DNA of 64,000 nucleotides from Candidatus Woesearchaeota archaeon (GCA_964497435.1 CAZCCD010000003.1:53683-117682), one strand, 5' to 3'. Shown: positions 17,141 through 28,185, counted from the stretch's first letter. Numbers and translations: made by a program. The notes: generated by a model from the sequence alone, not told the origin.

Positions 17141-17758
17141 ATGAAAGATAAACCCCTATTATTTGTATTAACAGACAAGAAATTTTCCTTCCTTGATAAA
17201 AGTCTTTTTATTTTGTATTCGCTAGGATTAATATTCTGCTTTTACCTCCTTGCAAGGACGTTTTGGATAGACCTAAAAATAAATTACCTCGGCCTGATTA
17301 TCGCTTTAATTTTATTATTTTTACTTCCTAAAATCCAGCAAAAATACAAAGACAAATCTCGCACAGTTAAACAACGTAGATTTGCTAAGGCAAGTGATTA
17401 TGCTGCGGAAGCTGTTTCAAAACTACCGGGTGCTTATGTAAAAACACAACTTTCAATTTATATGTTGGGAATTTTATTTCTTGTGACCATTATTTTTACC
17501 ATTATTATACTTGCCATTTTAAAGCTAATGTATGTTACTGTCTTTGGAGTTTACTTGTCTTTAATAGTATTCATTTTAGAGGGTGTTGTTTTTTCTTTAT
17601 TTGTTATAAAAATAGTTATTAGAGAATATCGTTATTATAATCAAGTTGCAGCCAAAATTAATATTAAATATATTCCTTTAAAGTATAAGATAATTGCTTG
17701 GACAATTTTTACTCTAATCTGTATACTCGTTATTTATAGAGTATTATTTGTTAAGTAG
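17141..17758 (+). CDS. Hypothetical integral membrane protein
   Basis: Multiple hydrophobic helices. Confidence 0.5.
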   Translation: MKDKPLLFVLTDKKFSFLDKSLFILYSLGLIFCFYLLARTFWIDLKINYLGLIIALILLFLLPKIQQKYKDKSRTVKQRRFAKASDYAAEAVSKLPGAYVKTQLSIYMLGILFLVTIIFTIIILAILKLMYVTVFGVYLSLIVFILEGVVFSLFVIKIVIREYRYYNQVAAKINIKYIPLKYKIIAWTIFTLICILVIYRVLFVK

Positions 17759-17828
17759 TTTTGGTAAGTTTTATAATCTCTATTATCTTTATTTCGTCAT
17801 ATCCTTTTTTAGGAGGTAAAAAAGTCAA

Positions 17829-19514
17829 ATGAAAAAAGTGGTGGTCGATGTTTTAGAGAAAGCGTTAAAAGAGCTTAAAGTAGAAATCACTAGAGAGGAA
17901 ATAGAAAAACTTATAGAAATTCCTCCTTCACTCGAATTTGGAGATTATGCTTTTCCTTGCTTTTTTTTGGCTGATAAATTAAAAACCTCTCCTCATTATG
18001 CTGCCCTTGAATTAAGAAAAGTAATCCAAACTCCCTCATTCACAGATTTTGATGATATCCAGACTCAAGGACCGTATCTCAATTTTTTTATTGATAGAAA
18101 AAACCTAGCTAGACAAGTTGTTTGGGAAATAATTAATCAAAAGAAAAATTATGGGAGAGTTAATTTAGGAAAAAGAAAGAAAGTTATTGTAGAAATGTCC
18201 TCACCAAATATTGCAAAGCCATTTGGAATAGGCCATTTGAGGTCAACAATAATAGGAAACTCTCTCTCAAAAATACACGAGTTTTTAGGATATAAAACAA
18301 TAACAATGAATTACCTTGGAGATTGGGGGGCCCAGTTTGGAAGAATCCTTTTTGGTTATACAAAATTCGGCAGAGAAGATTTCCTATTAAAAAATCCTAT
18401 TCACCATCTATTAAATGTCTATGTTAAGGCGAGTAAAAAAAGATATGACAAAGACGCAAAAGAATGGTTTAAAAAACTCGAAGAAAAAGACAAAAAAGCC
18501 TTACTCCTCTGGAAATTATTTAAAACACTTGGGACAAAGGATTTTGAAAAAATTTACAAATTAATGGGAATTAAATTTAATGTTTATTCTTCGGAATCAG
18601 AGTCTATCAAGTACACTAAAAAAGTCCTCGCAGAGATGCAATTAAAAGGGCTTGTAAAAAAAAGCCAAGGAGCATTGATTGTTGATTTGAAGAAATATGG
18701 CTTAGATGTCTCTATTCTTATAAAAAGCGACGGCACAACAACATATGCTTTAAGAGATCTTACTGCAGCAATAAGAAGATACAAAAAATACAAATTCAGT
18801 TCTATGATTTATGAAGTAGGTCAAGAACAAACCCTCTACTTTAAACAATTATTCAAGATGTTAGAGTTAATGGGTTATGAATGGTCAAAAAATTGTATCC
18901 ATGTTTCTCATGGTTTGTATCTAGATCAAAGAGGCAAGAGAATGGCAACAAGAAAAGGAAAAATAATTTTCATGAATGATATTATTGATGAAACAATATC
19001 TCTTGCAAAAAAAGAAATCTCAAAGAGGTCTAAGGTAAGTAAAGAAGAGTTGGAAAGAAGGGCAAAGAAAGTAGCAACCGCAGCAATTTTCTACGGCGAT
19101 TTAAAAAACAACAGAAACAACAACATGATTTTTGATATTAAGAAATTCGTGTCTTTCGAGGGAGATACGGGTCCTTATCTTCTCTACAGCTACGCAAGGG
19201 CAACATCAATTTTAACAAAGGCAGGAAGCGACGAGAAATTCAAGGTTTATGATTTAGAAAATAAAGAGTTAGAGCTTGTACAAAAATTATCCATCTTTCA
19301 AGATGTTGTAATAAAATCTTATAAAACATTAAACCCATCGATAATAGCTAATTATTCTTATCAGCTCTCAAAAATCTTCAATGAATTTTATCATACATGC
19401 CCTGTAATAGGTTCTCAGCAAGAAGAATTCAGGCTTGCATTAGTCGAAGCCTTCAGAGTTGTTTTAAAACACTCTCTGAATCTTTTGGGAATTGAAACTC
19501 TCGAGGAGATGTGA
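17829..19514 (+). CDS. argS: Arginyl-tRNA synthetase
   Basis: Class I HIGH region SSPNIAKPFGIGHLRSTIIGN; overall ArgRS architecture at 561 aa. Confidence 0.85.
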   Translation: MKKVVVDVLEKALKELKVEITREEIEKLIEIPPSLEFGDYAFPCFFLADKLKTSPHYAALELRKVIQTPSFTDFDDIQTQGPYLNFFIDRKNLARQVVWEIINQKKNYGRVNLGKRKKVIVEMSSPNIAKPFGIGHLRSTIIGNSLSKIHEFLGYKTITMNYLGDWGAQFGRILFGYTKFGREDFLLKNPIHHLLNVYVKASKKRYDKDAKEWFKKLEEKDKKALLLWKLFKTLGTKDFEKIYKLMGIKFNVYSSESESIKYTKKVLAEMQLKGLVKKSQGALIVDLKKYGLDVSILIKSDGTTTYALRDLTAAIRRYKKYKFSSMIYEVGQEQTLYFKQLFKMLELMGYEWSKNCIHVSHGLYLDQRGKRMATRKGKIIFMNDIIDETISLAKKEISKRSKVSKEELERRAKKVATAAIFYGDLKNNRNNNMIFDIKKFVSFEGDTGPYLLYSYARATSILTKAGSDEKFKVYDLENKELELVQKLSIFQDVVIKSYKTLNPSIIANYSYQLSKIFNEFYHTCPVIGSQQEEFRLALVEAFRVVLKHSLNLLGIETLEEM

Positions 19515-19718
19515 ATTATTTTATACACCAAAAAATTACATTCGCTTCGCTCGCAGATTATCTTTGCTATGAAATAGGCTCTGCCATATTTCTTCGCATG
19601 AAATATTATTAAGGCAAAAAGTTATAATTAAAATAAAAATATGAATTATCATTAACTTTAATCAAATAACTAGCACGTTTTACGAGATAGCAATCTCGAA
19701 CGAACATAATGAGCGAAT

Positions 19719-20069
19719 CTATATTTTTGTTGCTTCTTCTAACCTTGACTTTAAATTTTTTCCAGCGACCCTGTTTTTTCTTTTGATTGTGTTCCTTAAA
19801 ATAAAAGTAACTTCATCATTTCTAGGGCCAAGAGAATCTTTTCTACTTAGTTCAGGTATTGATATAAAATACCACTCGGTTTTTCCTCTCTTATCTTTTA
19901 ACTCACCGATAATTAATCTAGTATATTCTTTGCTATTAGGACTATAATAAGTGCTAAAATAAACGCCAAGATGTTTCCCATCAATTGTATCTGCACCAAA
20001 ATCAGGTTTATTTTTAAATCCATACTTCCTAATTGCTTCTTCATCTAAATATCTAGTTAAATTCACCAT
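19719..20069 (-). CDS. Hypothetical protein
   Basis: 116-aa ORF, no recognisable motif. Confidence 0.4.
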   Translation of the reverse strand: MVNLTRYLDEEAIRKYGFKNKPDFGADTIDGKHLGVYFSTYYSPNSKEYTRLIIGELKDKRGKTEWYFISIPELSRKDSLGPRNDEVTFILRNTIKRKNRVAGKNLKSRLEEATKI

Positions 20070-20195
20070 TGAAAAAAATTGTAGACCATCTATTTAATAA
20101 TTTCTATTTTCAAAAACATCTGTTAGTTGTAAAATCAAAACATATTTAAACAAAAAAATCCTGATTTTAATAATTAAATTAAAAAAGAGGACGAA

Positions 20196-20624
20196 ATGGT
20201 TCAAGAAAAAAAGATGAATGAGGAGTTTTTCTCCAGACTTCATAAAGAGCTTACAACTGCAGGCGAGTTAATAAGGGCTAGGCAGGAAGAAAAGCAAGGG
20301 CTTCTTGATGAATTTGATGCAGAATGTAAGAGATTCTTCTTTGGAAAAATCTCAGAGAAATCTTTGGCTGCTTCTGTCAAGAAAACAAACAATGAACTTA
20401 GAAGACTTGACAATGAGATAAGGGCAAATATAAGAAGGGTTAGAAGTGTTGCCAATAGAGCAACGAGTCTGACATCTGCGCAATCTCCAATTGCATTCAG
20501 GGCAACAATGTCTGGAATAGCTGGAGGAAGAGCAAAGAAAGTTAAAAAGAGAAAAGCCAGAAGAAAGAAAAGACATTCCAAAAGAAGGAAAGTTGTGAGG
20601 AGAAAAGCCAAGAAAAAAAGATAA
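20196..20624 (+). CDS. Hypothetical protein with poly-basic C-terminal tail
   Basis: C-terminus KKVKKRKARRKKRHSKRRKVVRRKAKKKR; a coiled-coil-like N-terminal half. Confidence 0.45.
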   Translation: MVQEKKMNEEFFSRLHKELTTAGELIRARQEEKQGLLDEFDAECKRFFFGKISEKSLAASVKKTNNELRRLDNEIRANIRRVRSVANRATSLTSAQSPIAFRATMSGIAGGRAKKVKKRKARRKKRHSKRRKVVRRKAKKKR

Positions 20625-20703
20625 TTTTTTATTTTAACTTTTTAATATATTTTATGTTCTTGAGAACAATTAAATTTTTATATTCTTAAACAGATTTTAT
20701 TTT

Positions 20704-21876
20704 ATGAAAAGTTTAAATCCGGTTTTGAAAAACATTAAAATTCCAGATATAGTTGAGATGAGAAACTTTTTAATGCAGATTCATGATTCTATGAGATTAG
20801 AATCTGGAGAGCCAGATTTTCCGACTCATGATGTTGTGAAAGAAGGAAATAAAAAAGCCTTGGACGAGAACAAAACTTCTTACCCACACTCTTCTGGAGT
20901 TTATGAGTTACGAAATGCTTTATTAAAAAAATGCCGGGAAGAGAACGGAATCCCTCTTGGATCTCCAAATGATATAATTATAACTAATGGAGGAGTTGGA
21001 GCAATATGCTGTTCTTTAGCAGCAGTCGTAGATCCATTTTCAGGAGATGAGATAATAATTCCTGATCCTAATTGGGGTACTACTGAAATCTTAATGAAAT
21101 TTTGTAGCGGGATTCCAGTTAAAGTTGAACTCGAAAGAGACAATGGTTTTAGATTAAATCCTTCAGATCTTGAAAGAAAAATAAGTCCAAGAACAAAAGC
21201 CGTGGTTATCAATTCTCCACACAATCCAACAGGGGCTGTTTATTCAAGGCAAGATTTACAGGAAATTATCAGCATTGCTGAGAAACATGGGATATATCTT
21301 TTAAGTGATGAAGCCTACGAACACATTGTCTATGATGCAGAACATATCAGTCCAGCCTCATTGTCAGACTATAAGGGAATTATTTCTCTTTTTACTTTTT
21401 CTAAAAGCTTTGCAATTCCAGGATTAAGAGTAGGTTATACAGCTACTAAAAATAAAGATGTTATGGAGAATTTACAAAAAACTGTTTTTTGCACAGCTAA
21501 TGGAGTTAATTCAATAGCCCAGTACGGGAGTTTAGAAGGTCTTGAACATGAATTAGAGACCAAACCCTGGATTCAAAGTATGGTTTTAGAATATAGAAAA
21601 AGGAGAGACATTTTAGCCGAAGGAATTGCCTCTTCAAGACACTTAGAGTTGACTCACTTACCTCAAGGAGCTTTTTATGTTTTTCCAAGGATTAAAAACT
21701 TTGATGGCAGTGATAAAGATTTTGGAGATAGATTACTTAAACTAAATCCTCCAATAGGAAGTGTTCCAGGCTCTTCTTTTGGAGAAGCTGGAAAAGGTTA
21801 TATAAGATTTGCTTATTCAACATCAACAGAAAAAGTCAGACAAGCAGCAGAAATTTTAAGTGAGTTAAAGTTTTAA
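20704..21876 (+). CDS. PLP-dependent aminotransferase, class I/II (aspartate aminotransferase family)
   Basis: SKSFAIPGLRVGY PLP-lysine motif; NSPHNPTG. Confidence 0.8.
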   Translation: MKSLNPVLKNIKIPDIVEMRNFLMQIHDSMRLESGEPDFPTHDVVKEGNKKALDENKTSYPHSSGVYELRNALLKKCREENGIPLGSPNDIIITNGGVGAICCSLAAVVDPFSGDEIIIPDPNWGTTEILMKFCSGIPVKVELERDNGFRLNPSDLERKISPRTKAVVINSPHNPTGAVYSRQDLQEIISIAEKHGIYLLSDEAYEHIVYDAEHISPASLSDYKGIISLFTFSKSFAIPGLRVGYTATKNKDVMENLQKTVFCTANGVNSIAQYGSLEGLEHELETKPWIQSMVLEYRKRRDILAEGIASSRHLELTHLPQGAFYVFPRIKNFDGSDKDFGDRLLKLNPPIGSVPGSSFGEAGKGYIRFAYSTSTEKVRQAAEILSELKF

Positions 21877-21880
21877 TTTT

Positions 21881-22167
21881 TTATCCGTAGTTGATAGCTA
21901 TTTGATACATTATAAATAAAATTACAATTACTGAAATTAATATAGCTAAATATTTTGTAATGTTATTCCATTCATTTTTCCTTGAGAGTTTAGCTATTAG
22001 TAAACCAACTAACCATAATGGAATAATCGAGAGTAATGCGGCGAAAGTAAGAACTATAAAAGCAATAGCAGCTAATTCATGAGAAAAATCAAAATTTAAG
22101 AATATTATAAACCAGCCAACAATTCCAAGAATTACTGTAATAAAACCAGTTTTTTTAGATGATTCAT
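21881..22167 (-). pseudogene. Small membrane protein paralog of 22170..22376 with apparent -1 frameshift at an A7 homopolymer
   Basis: ATG at 22167 reads MNHLKK then stops. The downstream frame encodes TGFITVILGIVGWFIIF...SIIPLWLVGLLIAK, homologous to the neighbour's IITTLIGIIGWIVFI...SIIPLWLIGLLIGW. One extra A would restore a 95-aa ORF. Confidence 0.5.
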
Positions 22168-22169
22168 TT

Positions 22170-22376
22170 TCACCTTTTTTTACTAATTAACCATCCTATT
22201 AACAAACCAATAAGCCATAAAGGTATTATTGAAATTATTGCTATTACAATATAAATGAATCTACCAATTTCTCCCTCTCCTCCGCCGAATTGAGATGTGC
22301 TTATAAATACAATCCATCCAATAATTCCAATCAAAGTAGTTATTATCGCACTTTTTAACGGATAGCTAAGTTTCAT
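22170..22376 (-). CDS. Small membrane protein (two TM helices)
   Basis: MKLSYPLKSAIITTLIGIIGWIVFI...IIPLWLIGLLIGWLISKKR. Confidence 0.5.
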   Translation of the reverse strand: MKLSYPLKSAIITTLIGIIGWIVFISTSQFGGGEGEIGRFIYIVIAIISIIPLWLIGLLIGWLISKKR

Positions 22377-22394
22377 CTTTCATCTACTTCCATC

Positions 22395-23201
22395 TCACTT
22401 CACAGGCTTCATTTCTCCCCAAGATAATTCAAACATTTGCTCCATAGCCTGAGAAAAGAATTCTGTATTTATCCACACTCCAATGTCATAATTAGGATGG
22501 AATTTCTCATCATCAAGGAGCATGAACATTAGCTGTTTTGAATCAATAATTGCGAATCTTGCCTTTGATTTATCCATATGCCTTACTTCTGCAACTTTTT
22601 TCAATTCTTTTGCAACCTTTAAATTATTATTGTTTATTGGAGCAGCGATTCTTATTTTTACTCCTTTTTTCTTGCATTTCTCAAAAGTTGGCATTAATGC
22701 TTCCATTTTTCTATTTAAGCCTTCAGATGTAGTCACCAAAGTCACTGATTTTTCAGCCTCTCTGAGCATCATGTCTAAATGATTGTATATATTTTGTCTT
22801 CCTTTTATGCTTCCAGAAAGGTCAGAAGGTTCAATAAACTTTACACCTTTTGTAAATAATCCAGTAAGCTCTTCAAGAACCTCATCTCCTTTCAAAGAAT
22901 CAAGTCTCTTGGTTCTTTCCTGTGCATATTTAACAAGATTTTTTTTAACTCTCTCAACAACCTCTTCTGGCTTCAAGGCTACAAACTTAATTGGCTTTCC
23001 AAGCTTCATTACAATAAATCCTTTCTTTTCAAGACTTTCAAGAATATCATATGTTCTTGATCTTGGAACATCTGAAATATTAGATAACTCTCCAGCTGTT
23101 GATGTCCCACGAGATAAAAGTGCTGTCCAAACCTTTACTTCATAAAGATTAAGGTCAAATATTTTTCTTAATCTGCTCAAAAATTCATCTTTTACTATCA
23201 T
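22395..23201 (-). CDS. TrmB-family transcriptional regulator
   Basis: N-terminal wHTH (LNLYEVKVWTALLSRGTSTAGELSNISDVPRSRTYDILESLEKKGFI) plus a C-terminal TrmB-like domain. Confidence 0.7.
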   Translation of the reverse strand: MIVKDEFLSRLRKIFDLNLYEVKVWTALLSRGTSTAGELSNISDVPRSRTYDILESLEKKGFIVMKLGKPIKFVALKPEEVVERVKKNLVKYAQERTKRLDSLKGDEVLEELTGLFTKGVKFIEPSDLSGSIKGRQNIYNHLDMMLREAEKSVTLVTTSEGLNRKMEALMPTFEKCKKKGVKIRIAAPINNNNLKVAKELKKVAEVRHMDKSKARFAIIDSKQLMFMLLDDEKFHPNYDIGVWINTEFFSQAMEQMFELSWGEMKPVK

Positions 23202-23289
23202 TTTGATATGTTTACTCCACCTTTCTTATTTTTAAACATTGTTGTCTTGTAAAAGGGTAAATCGCGTCACTCACTAATTAGTAGTCAAT

Positions 23290-26115
23290 TTAGCGAATAA
23301 TAACAATCTCACCCTTTTTATCTTTTATTTGAAAGTTTGTTTTGTTTTTAAATGTTTCCTTTAAAGTTGTGACAATTTCCAAACTCTTTGAATTTGTCCT
23401 TCTCTCGACGAGATTTTTTTGACTTTCAATTATTTTTTTAAATTTATCGTCGGTAATTATAATGACTTTAACTCTCTCTTTTTTCTGCAATCCAATTTTT
23501 TTCCTAAAATCTTGTATCTGCCTTGACAATTCTCTGGCATAACCCTCTGCCTCAAGCTCTGGAGTTAAATTAGGATTCAATTTCACACTTGGAACATCTA
23601 ATTTATTAATCCTATTAAAATGAATTTCTTTTACATTTAATTGATTTTTTATTATTTCCATAAGCTCTTTATTTATATCAAAATTTGAACTTATATCTGC
23701 AGCTTTTAGAGGCCATTTTAACCCTATCCCTATTTTATCTCTTTCAGATAAACCAATTTCAATTATCTTTAATGTAACATCAAACTTTAGTTCAAGTTTT
23801 TGATCAATCTTCTTCTTATCAGCTTTGGGCCAAGAAGATAAATGAACACTTTCGTCTTTTATAATTCCTTTTTTTATCAACTCCTGCCATGTTTTTTCTG
23901 TGACGAAAGGGCAGAAAGGAGCAAGGAGTTTTGTAAGAGTTATATAAGTTTCTTGAACAACAAATTTCGCTTCTTCGTCTTCAGTAGATAATCTACCCCT
24001 AACTATTTGTATATATCCTCTTGAAAAATCATTTAACCAAAAATCTTGTAATGCTCTTATGGCTGAGTGTGGATGAAGATTTTCTATTTCATCTGTAACT
24101 TTTTTTATTAAAGAGTTTAGTTTAGAAATTATCCACAAATCTTCTACCCTTTTTATCTGAATACTTTTTGAGTTTTCTACCAAATTGCTAAGATTATAAA
24201 AAATATTTAAATTATTTCTCGGTTCTTTTGCAACATGAAATCCAAATCTCATTTCTTGACTTGGATCTTGGATGCAATATAAAAGCCTCATTACATCTGC
24301 ACCAATTTTTTTTGCAGCATCATCAAAAAGGATGGAATTTCCCTTACTTTTATGCATTTCTTCACCTTTTTCATCTTTTAATGTTTCATATCCATAAAGA
24401 GATTTAAAAGGAGCTTTTCCTGTTATAGTGACGCTAGCCCACATTAAAGCATTAAACCAACCCCTTGCTTGTCCAGGCATACTTTCAGATATTAGCTCTG
24501 CAGGAAACCATTTTTTCCAATATTTTCTGTCATTTAAATAATTAAGGGTTGAAAAAGGAACAATACCTGCATCAAGCCAGGCATCTCCAACATCTAAAAT
24601 TCTTGAAACTTCTTTATGGCATTTTTTACATTTTATTTTTATTTCATCTATCCATGGGCGATGAGTATCTTCAAGATTATCAACCTTTTTTTTATCAGTA
24701 GCATGTTCTCTTAATTCCTTTAAACTTCCAGCAACAAATATTTCTCCACATTCACATTCCCAGATAGGTAGAGGAAGACCCCAATATCTTTTTCTTGAAA
24801 TGAGCCAATCTCCCATATTTTTGAACCATTCTTCTTGCCTTACTTTTCCATATTCAGGGTACCACCTAATTTTTCTATTTTCACTGATAAGTTTTTTTCT
24901 TATTTCTTCACATTTTATGTACCATTCATCCACTAATCTGAAAACAAGTTCTTCTCCACATCTCCAACAATGAGGATACCTGTGTTTGTAAGGAACAACC
25001 TTGTAAGAGAAACCATTTTTTTCCATATCCTCTAAAACAAGTTTATTAACTTCTGAGTATTTCTTTTCAGAAAAATTTCCAAAACCCTTAGAATAAATCC
25101 CTGATTCGTCTAAAGGAGAAATCTCATTTAATTTTAATTTTTTTCCTAATTGATGATCTTCTGCTCCACATCCAGGAGCAATATGAACAATCCCTGTTCC
25201 TTCTTCTTCAGAAGCCAATTCCCATAAAACAACTTTATGCTGTGATTTTTTTTGACAGTTAAAATTTTTATAAGGCATTTCATAATTAATTCCTTCCAAC
25301 ATCTTTCCTTTCTTCTTCTCTAATATTTTATAATGCCCTTTCAATTCACAAACTCTTTTTTCAGCAAGCCAGTAGAAATTTCCTTCTTGTTCTACTTTTA
25401 CATAAGTTATATCTTTATTTACAGCTATTGCAACATTTGCAGGAACTGTCCAAGGAGTAGTTGTAAATATCAGAAAATATTCTTTCTTTCTCCCCTTTAT
25501 AGGAAATTTCATAAATAAAGCAGGATGAACAACCTCCTTGTAGCCTTCTGTGACAATGTCGTGCTTAGAGCTTGCTGTACCGCACCTCCAGCACCAAGGA
25601 ACAGAATCATTTCCTTTGTATAGCCAACCTTTTTTATGGTATTTTTTTATCAGATACCAATTATGAAGATTATTATCATCAGTCATTGTGTAATAAGAAC
25701 TACCCCAATCCATCCACTGACCAAGTCTTATTGATTGTTCTGTTTGAATTTTAGAAAATCTTTCAACCCTTTTTCTACATGAATTTACAAAATTCAATAT
25801 CCCAAATTTTTCTATATCTTTTTTATCTTTTAATCCTAAATCTTTTTCTTCCTCTCTTTCAATCCACAAACCTTGACAATCAAACCCATTCTGAAATCTT
25901 TGTTCAAATCCTTGCATTGCTTTAAATCTCTGAAACATATCTTTATATGTTCTTCCCCATGCATGATGAACTCCCATAGGATTATTTGCAGTTATTGGAC
26001 CATCAATAAAACTAAATCTCTTTTTACCTTTGTTCCTCTTCTTTAGTTTTTCAAATATCTTTTTTTCATTCCAGAACTTTAAAATTTCTTTTTCTATCTC
26101 CTGTGCATTGTACAT
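23290..26115 (-). CDS. ileS: Isoleucyl-tRNA synthetase
   Basis: GFDCQGLWIE (GWDCHGLPIE-like), WCWRCGTASS, VHIAPGCGAEDH, RYPHCWRCGEELVFR, DWLISRKRYWGLPLPIW, KSKGN (KMSKS-like). Confidence 0.8.
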   Translation of the reverse strand: MYNAQEIEKEILKFWNEKKIFEKLKKRNKGKKRFSFIDGPITANNPMGVHHAWGRTYKDMFQRFKAMQGFEQRFQNGFDCQGLWIEREEEKDLGLKDKKDIEKFGILNFVNSCRKRVERFSKIQTEQSIRLGQWMDWGSSYYTMTDDNNLHNWYLIKKYHKKGWLYKGNDSVPWCWRCGTASSKHDIVTEGYKEVVHPALFMKFPIKGRKKEYFLIFTTTPWTVPANVAIAVNKDITYVKVEQEGNFYWLAEKRVCELKGHYKILEKKKGKMLEGINYEMPYKNFNCQKKSQHKVVLWELASEEEGTGIVHIAPGCGAEDHQLGKKLKLNEISPLDESGIYSKGFGNFSEKKYSEVNKLVLEDMEKNGFSYKVVPYKHRYPHCWRCGEELVFRLVDEWYIKCEEIRKKLISENRKIRWYPEYGKVRQEEWFKNMGDWLISRKRYWGLPLPIWECECGEIFVAGSLKELREHATDKKKVDNLEDTHRPWIDEIKIKCKKCHKEVSRILDVGDAWLDAGIVPFSTLNYLNDRKYWKKWFPAELISESMPGQARGWFNALMWASVTITGKAPFKSLYGYETLKDEKGEEMHKSKGNSILFDDAAKKIGADVMRLLYCIQDPSQEMRFGFHVAKEPRNNLNIFYNLSNLVENSKSIQIKRVEDLWIISKLNSLIKKVTDEIENLHPHSAIRALQDFWLNDFSRGYIQIVRGRLSTEDEEAKFVVQETYITLTKLLAPFCPFVTEKTWQELIKKGIIKDESVHLSSWPKADKKKIDQKLELKFDVTLKIIEIGLSERDKIGIGLKWPLKAADISSNFDINKELMEIIKNQLNVKEIHFNRINKLDVPSVKLNPNLTPELEAEGYARELSRQIQDFRKKIGLQKKERVKVIIITDDKFKKIIESQKNLVERRTNSKSLEIVTTLKETFKNKTNFQIKDKKGEIVIIR

Positions 26116-26214
26116 AAATTAATTAAGAAAATAGAGATTTTTAAACTTCTCTAAATGTCATTAAAATCTCCTCTTCGCTGTATAACAATCACTGTCATGA
26201 ATTTTAATATAAAA

Positions 26215-27297
26215 TTATTGTAAATATTTTAATTCAATCTTAATTATCTTATCATCTCCTTCATTGATACTCCCTCTTCCGTCTCTATTGCTTGTCGAGA
26301 CATACAAAAAGTTATTGTGAATAGTTACTGCTCTTAGTCTTCCAAATTGATTTTCAAAATGTTTTTTTAGTGTTTTTTCTTTTATATTATACTGATAAAG
26401 AGATTCTCCTCTTAAACCAGAAAAGAAAATATTGCCTTGAAAAAATACGGCTGATGATGGCGCCCAAGTTTCAGAGCTACCAGAATGCACAATCGGAGTT
26501 TTCATTGATTCTTTTGATTCATCTCCTTGAATTTCTGGCCAGCCATAATTTTCTCCTTTTTCAATAAAATTTAATTCATCAAAGTCAGATCTTCCGTGCT
26601 CTGTTGCCCATAAATTACCTTTTTCATCCCATGCGAGTCCTTGCGAATTTCTATGGCCGTAAGAATAAATCTCATTATTAAAAGGATTGTCTTCTGGAAT
26701 ATTTCCGTTTTCATCAATTCTCAAGATTTTTCCAGCCAAAGAATTTATATCTTGTGCATTTTCAGGGTTTCCTGCATCTCCAGTTGTCGCATATAAATAT
26801 CTATTAGGACCAAATTTAATCCTTCCGCCGTCATGATAAGAAGCCCCAGGAATCCTGCTTAAAATAATTTCTTTATTTTCAAGGGAATTTTTTTCTAAAT
26901 TTAATCTGTATCTTTCAATTCTGTTTTCAATTTTTCCGTCGATATTTGAAGTAAGGTATAAATAGATAAGTTTGTTTTGTTCAAAATTAGGGTGCAATGC
27001 TAAACCAAGTAACCCCCCTTCACCTATATGATTAACTCCCTCGACTTTTATTATTTTCTTGTCCTGTCCTATCCTAACTAAATTTCCAGGACGTTCTGTT
27101 ACTAACATTTCTTCATTAGGAAGAAACTCTATTTCCCAAGGAATGTCTAATCCTTCTGCAACAATTTCAAAATTAGAAAAATTTTCTTCGTTATTTTTTT
27201 CATCAGGAAACATTGCTAAATAAATTAATAATGCGGCTGACAAGATTACCAATAAGAATAATATAATTGCTATATTTTTGCTAGTTCTATACTTCAT
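26215..27297 (-). CDS. PQQ-dependent soluble sugar (glucose/sorbosone) dehydrogenase family protein, membrane-anchored
   Basis: GLLGLALHP, HDGGRIKFGPN..LY.TTGD, YSYGHRNSQGLAWD..GNLWATEHG; N-terminal TM. Confidence 0.75.
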   Translation of the reverse strand: MKYRTSKNIAIILFLLVILSAALLIYLAMFPDEKNNEENFSNFEIVAEGLDIPWEIEFLPNEEMLVTERPGNLVRIGQDKKIIKVEGVNHIGEGGLLGLALHPNFEQNKLIYLYLTSNIDGKIENRIERYRLNLEKNSLENKEIILSRIPGASYHDGGRIKFGPNRYLYATTGDAGNPENAQDINSLAGKILRIDENGNIPEDNPFNNEIYSYGHRNSQGLAWDEKGNLWATEHGRSDFDELNFIEKGENYGWPEIQGDESKESMKTPIVHSGSSETWAPSSAVFFQGNIFFSGLRGESLYQYNIKEKTLKKHFENQFGRLRAVTIHNNFLYVSTSNRDGRGSINEGDDKIIKIELKYLQ

Positions 27298-27373
27298 AAA
27301 TATTCATATTTACAATACTTAAATAATTTTGCTGATTTTAAAAATTCTTCAAAATCTCCTCTTCTGTGTCGGC

Positions 27374-28087
27374 TTATAGATGATTCAGTGAGAGATGTTC
27401 TAATACATCCCGCTCCACAAAATGCAGCTTTCCAGGAATAATAATACAAAATGGCTTTTTCATTTTTTTATCCTTTAAATTTTCAATTTTATCATATAAA
27501 ACCTTGCTTTCGTCAGTTCCTAATCTTGAACAAATAATTATTTTATCAATTTTTAATTTATATTTTTCTAAAGCTTTTTTCAGTTTACTTAAGGTCTCAT
27601 TCAGTTCTAAGCCAATATCAACAAGAATCAAAGAGTGAGCATTAATCTTTAAATTATCTTTAACAACTTCAATAAAACTATCTGCCTCATGTTTTGGAAT
27701 GCTTGTTGTTTTTCCGAATTTATAGATTTGCAAGCCTGTTTCTCCAATAGCATCTAGAATAGAAGCTGAATGAATAACTTTAATTTCCACTTTTTGTTTT
27801 TTTGCTTCTTCAATTAAAGTTATATGTGTTGTCGCCATCAAAGGATTTCCATAAACAAGCAATGCAATGTCTTGTTTTTTAGCTTCTCCAATCAAAGAAA
27901 GGTTTTCAACTTTTTCTCTGTCAGATATTTCTATTTTAATTTCAAGATGTTTTTCTAATTCTTCTTTAGTATAAGGAAGCTCAACAGTGTAACTCTCTAA
28001 GTAAACCTTTTTGCTAGATTTTATTGCATGATAGGCTTCTCTAGAATATCCTTTCATGTTTAAACCAAGACCTATGAGGTATAACAT
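27374..28087 (-). CDS. dph5: Diphthine synthase (Dph5)
   Basis: MLYLIGLGL...YLESYT N-terminus and overall tetrapyrrole-methylase-like fold of diphthine synthase. Confidence 0.75.
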   Translation of the reverse strand: MLYLIGLGLNMKGYSREAYHAIKSSKKVYLESYTVELPYTKEELEKHLEIKIEISDREKVENLSLIGEAKKQDIALLVYGNPLMATTHITLIEEAKKQKVEIKVIHSASILDAIGETGLQIYKFGKTTSIPKHEADSFIEVVKDNLKINAHSLILVDIGLELNETLSKLKKALEKYKLKIDKIIICSRLGTDESKVLYDKIENLKDKKMKKPFCIIIPGKLHFVERDVLEHLSLNHL

Positions 28088-28185
28088 ATCAAAAGAAAAA
28101 GTTAAGGGGTTTTAAAGGTTTTGAAGAATAAAAGTGGAATAAAAATGCAAAAATCTTTATATAGGGGTGTTTTATTGGTTAGGAT

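Noticed and set aside
20240-20611. Antisense ORFs within the poly-basic protein gene
   Set aside because: Overlapping frames of a Lys/Arg-rich coding region; no independent support.
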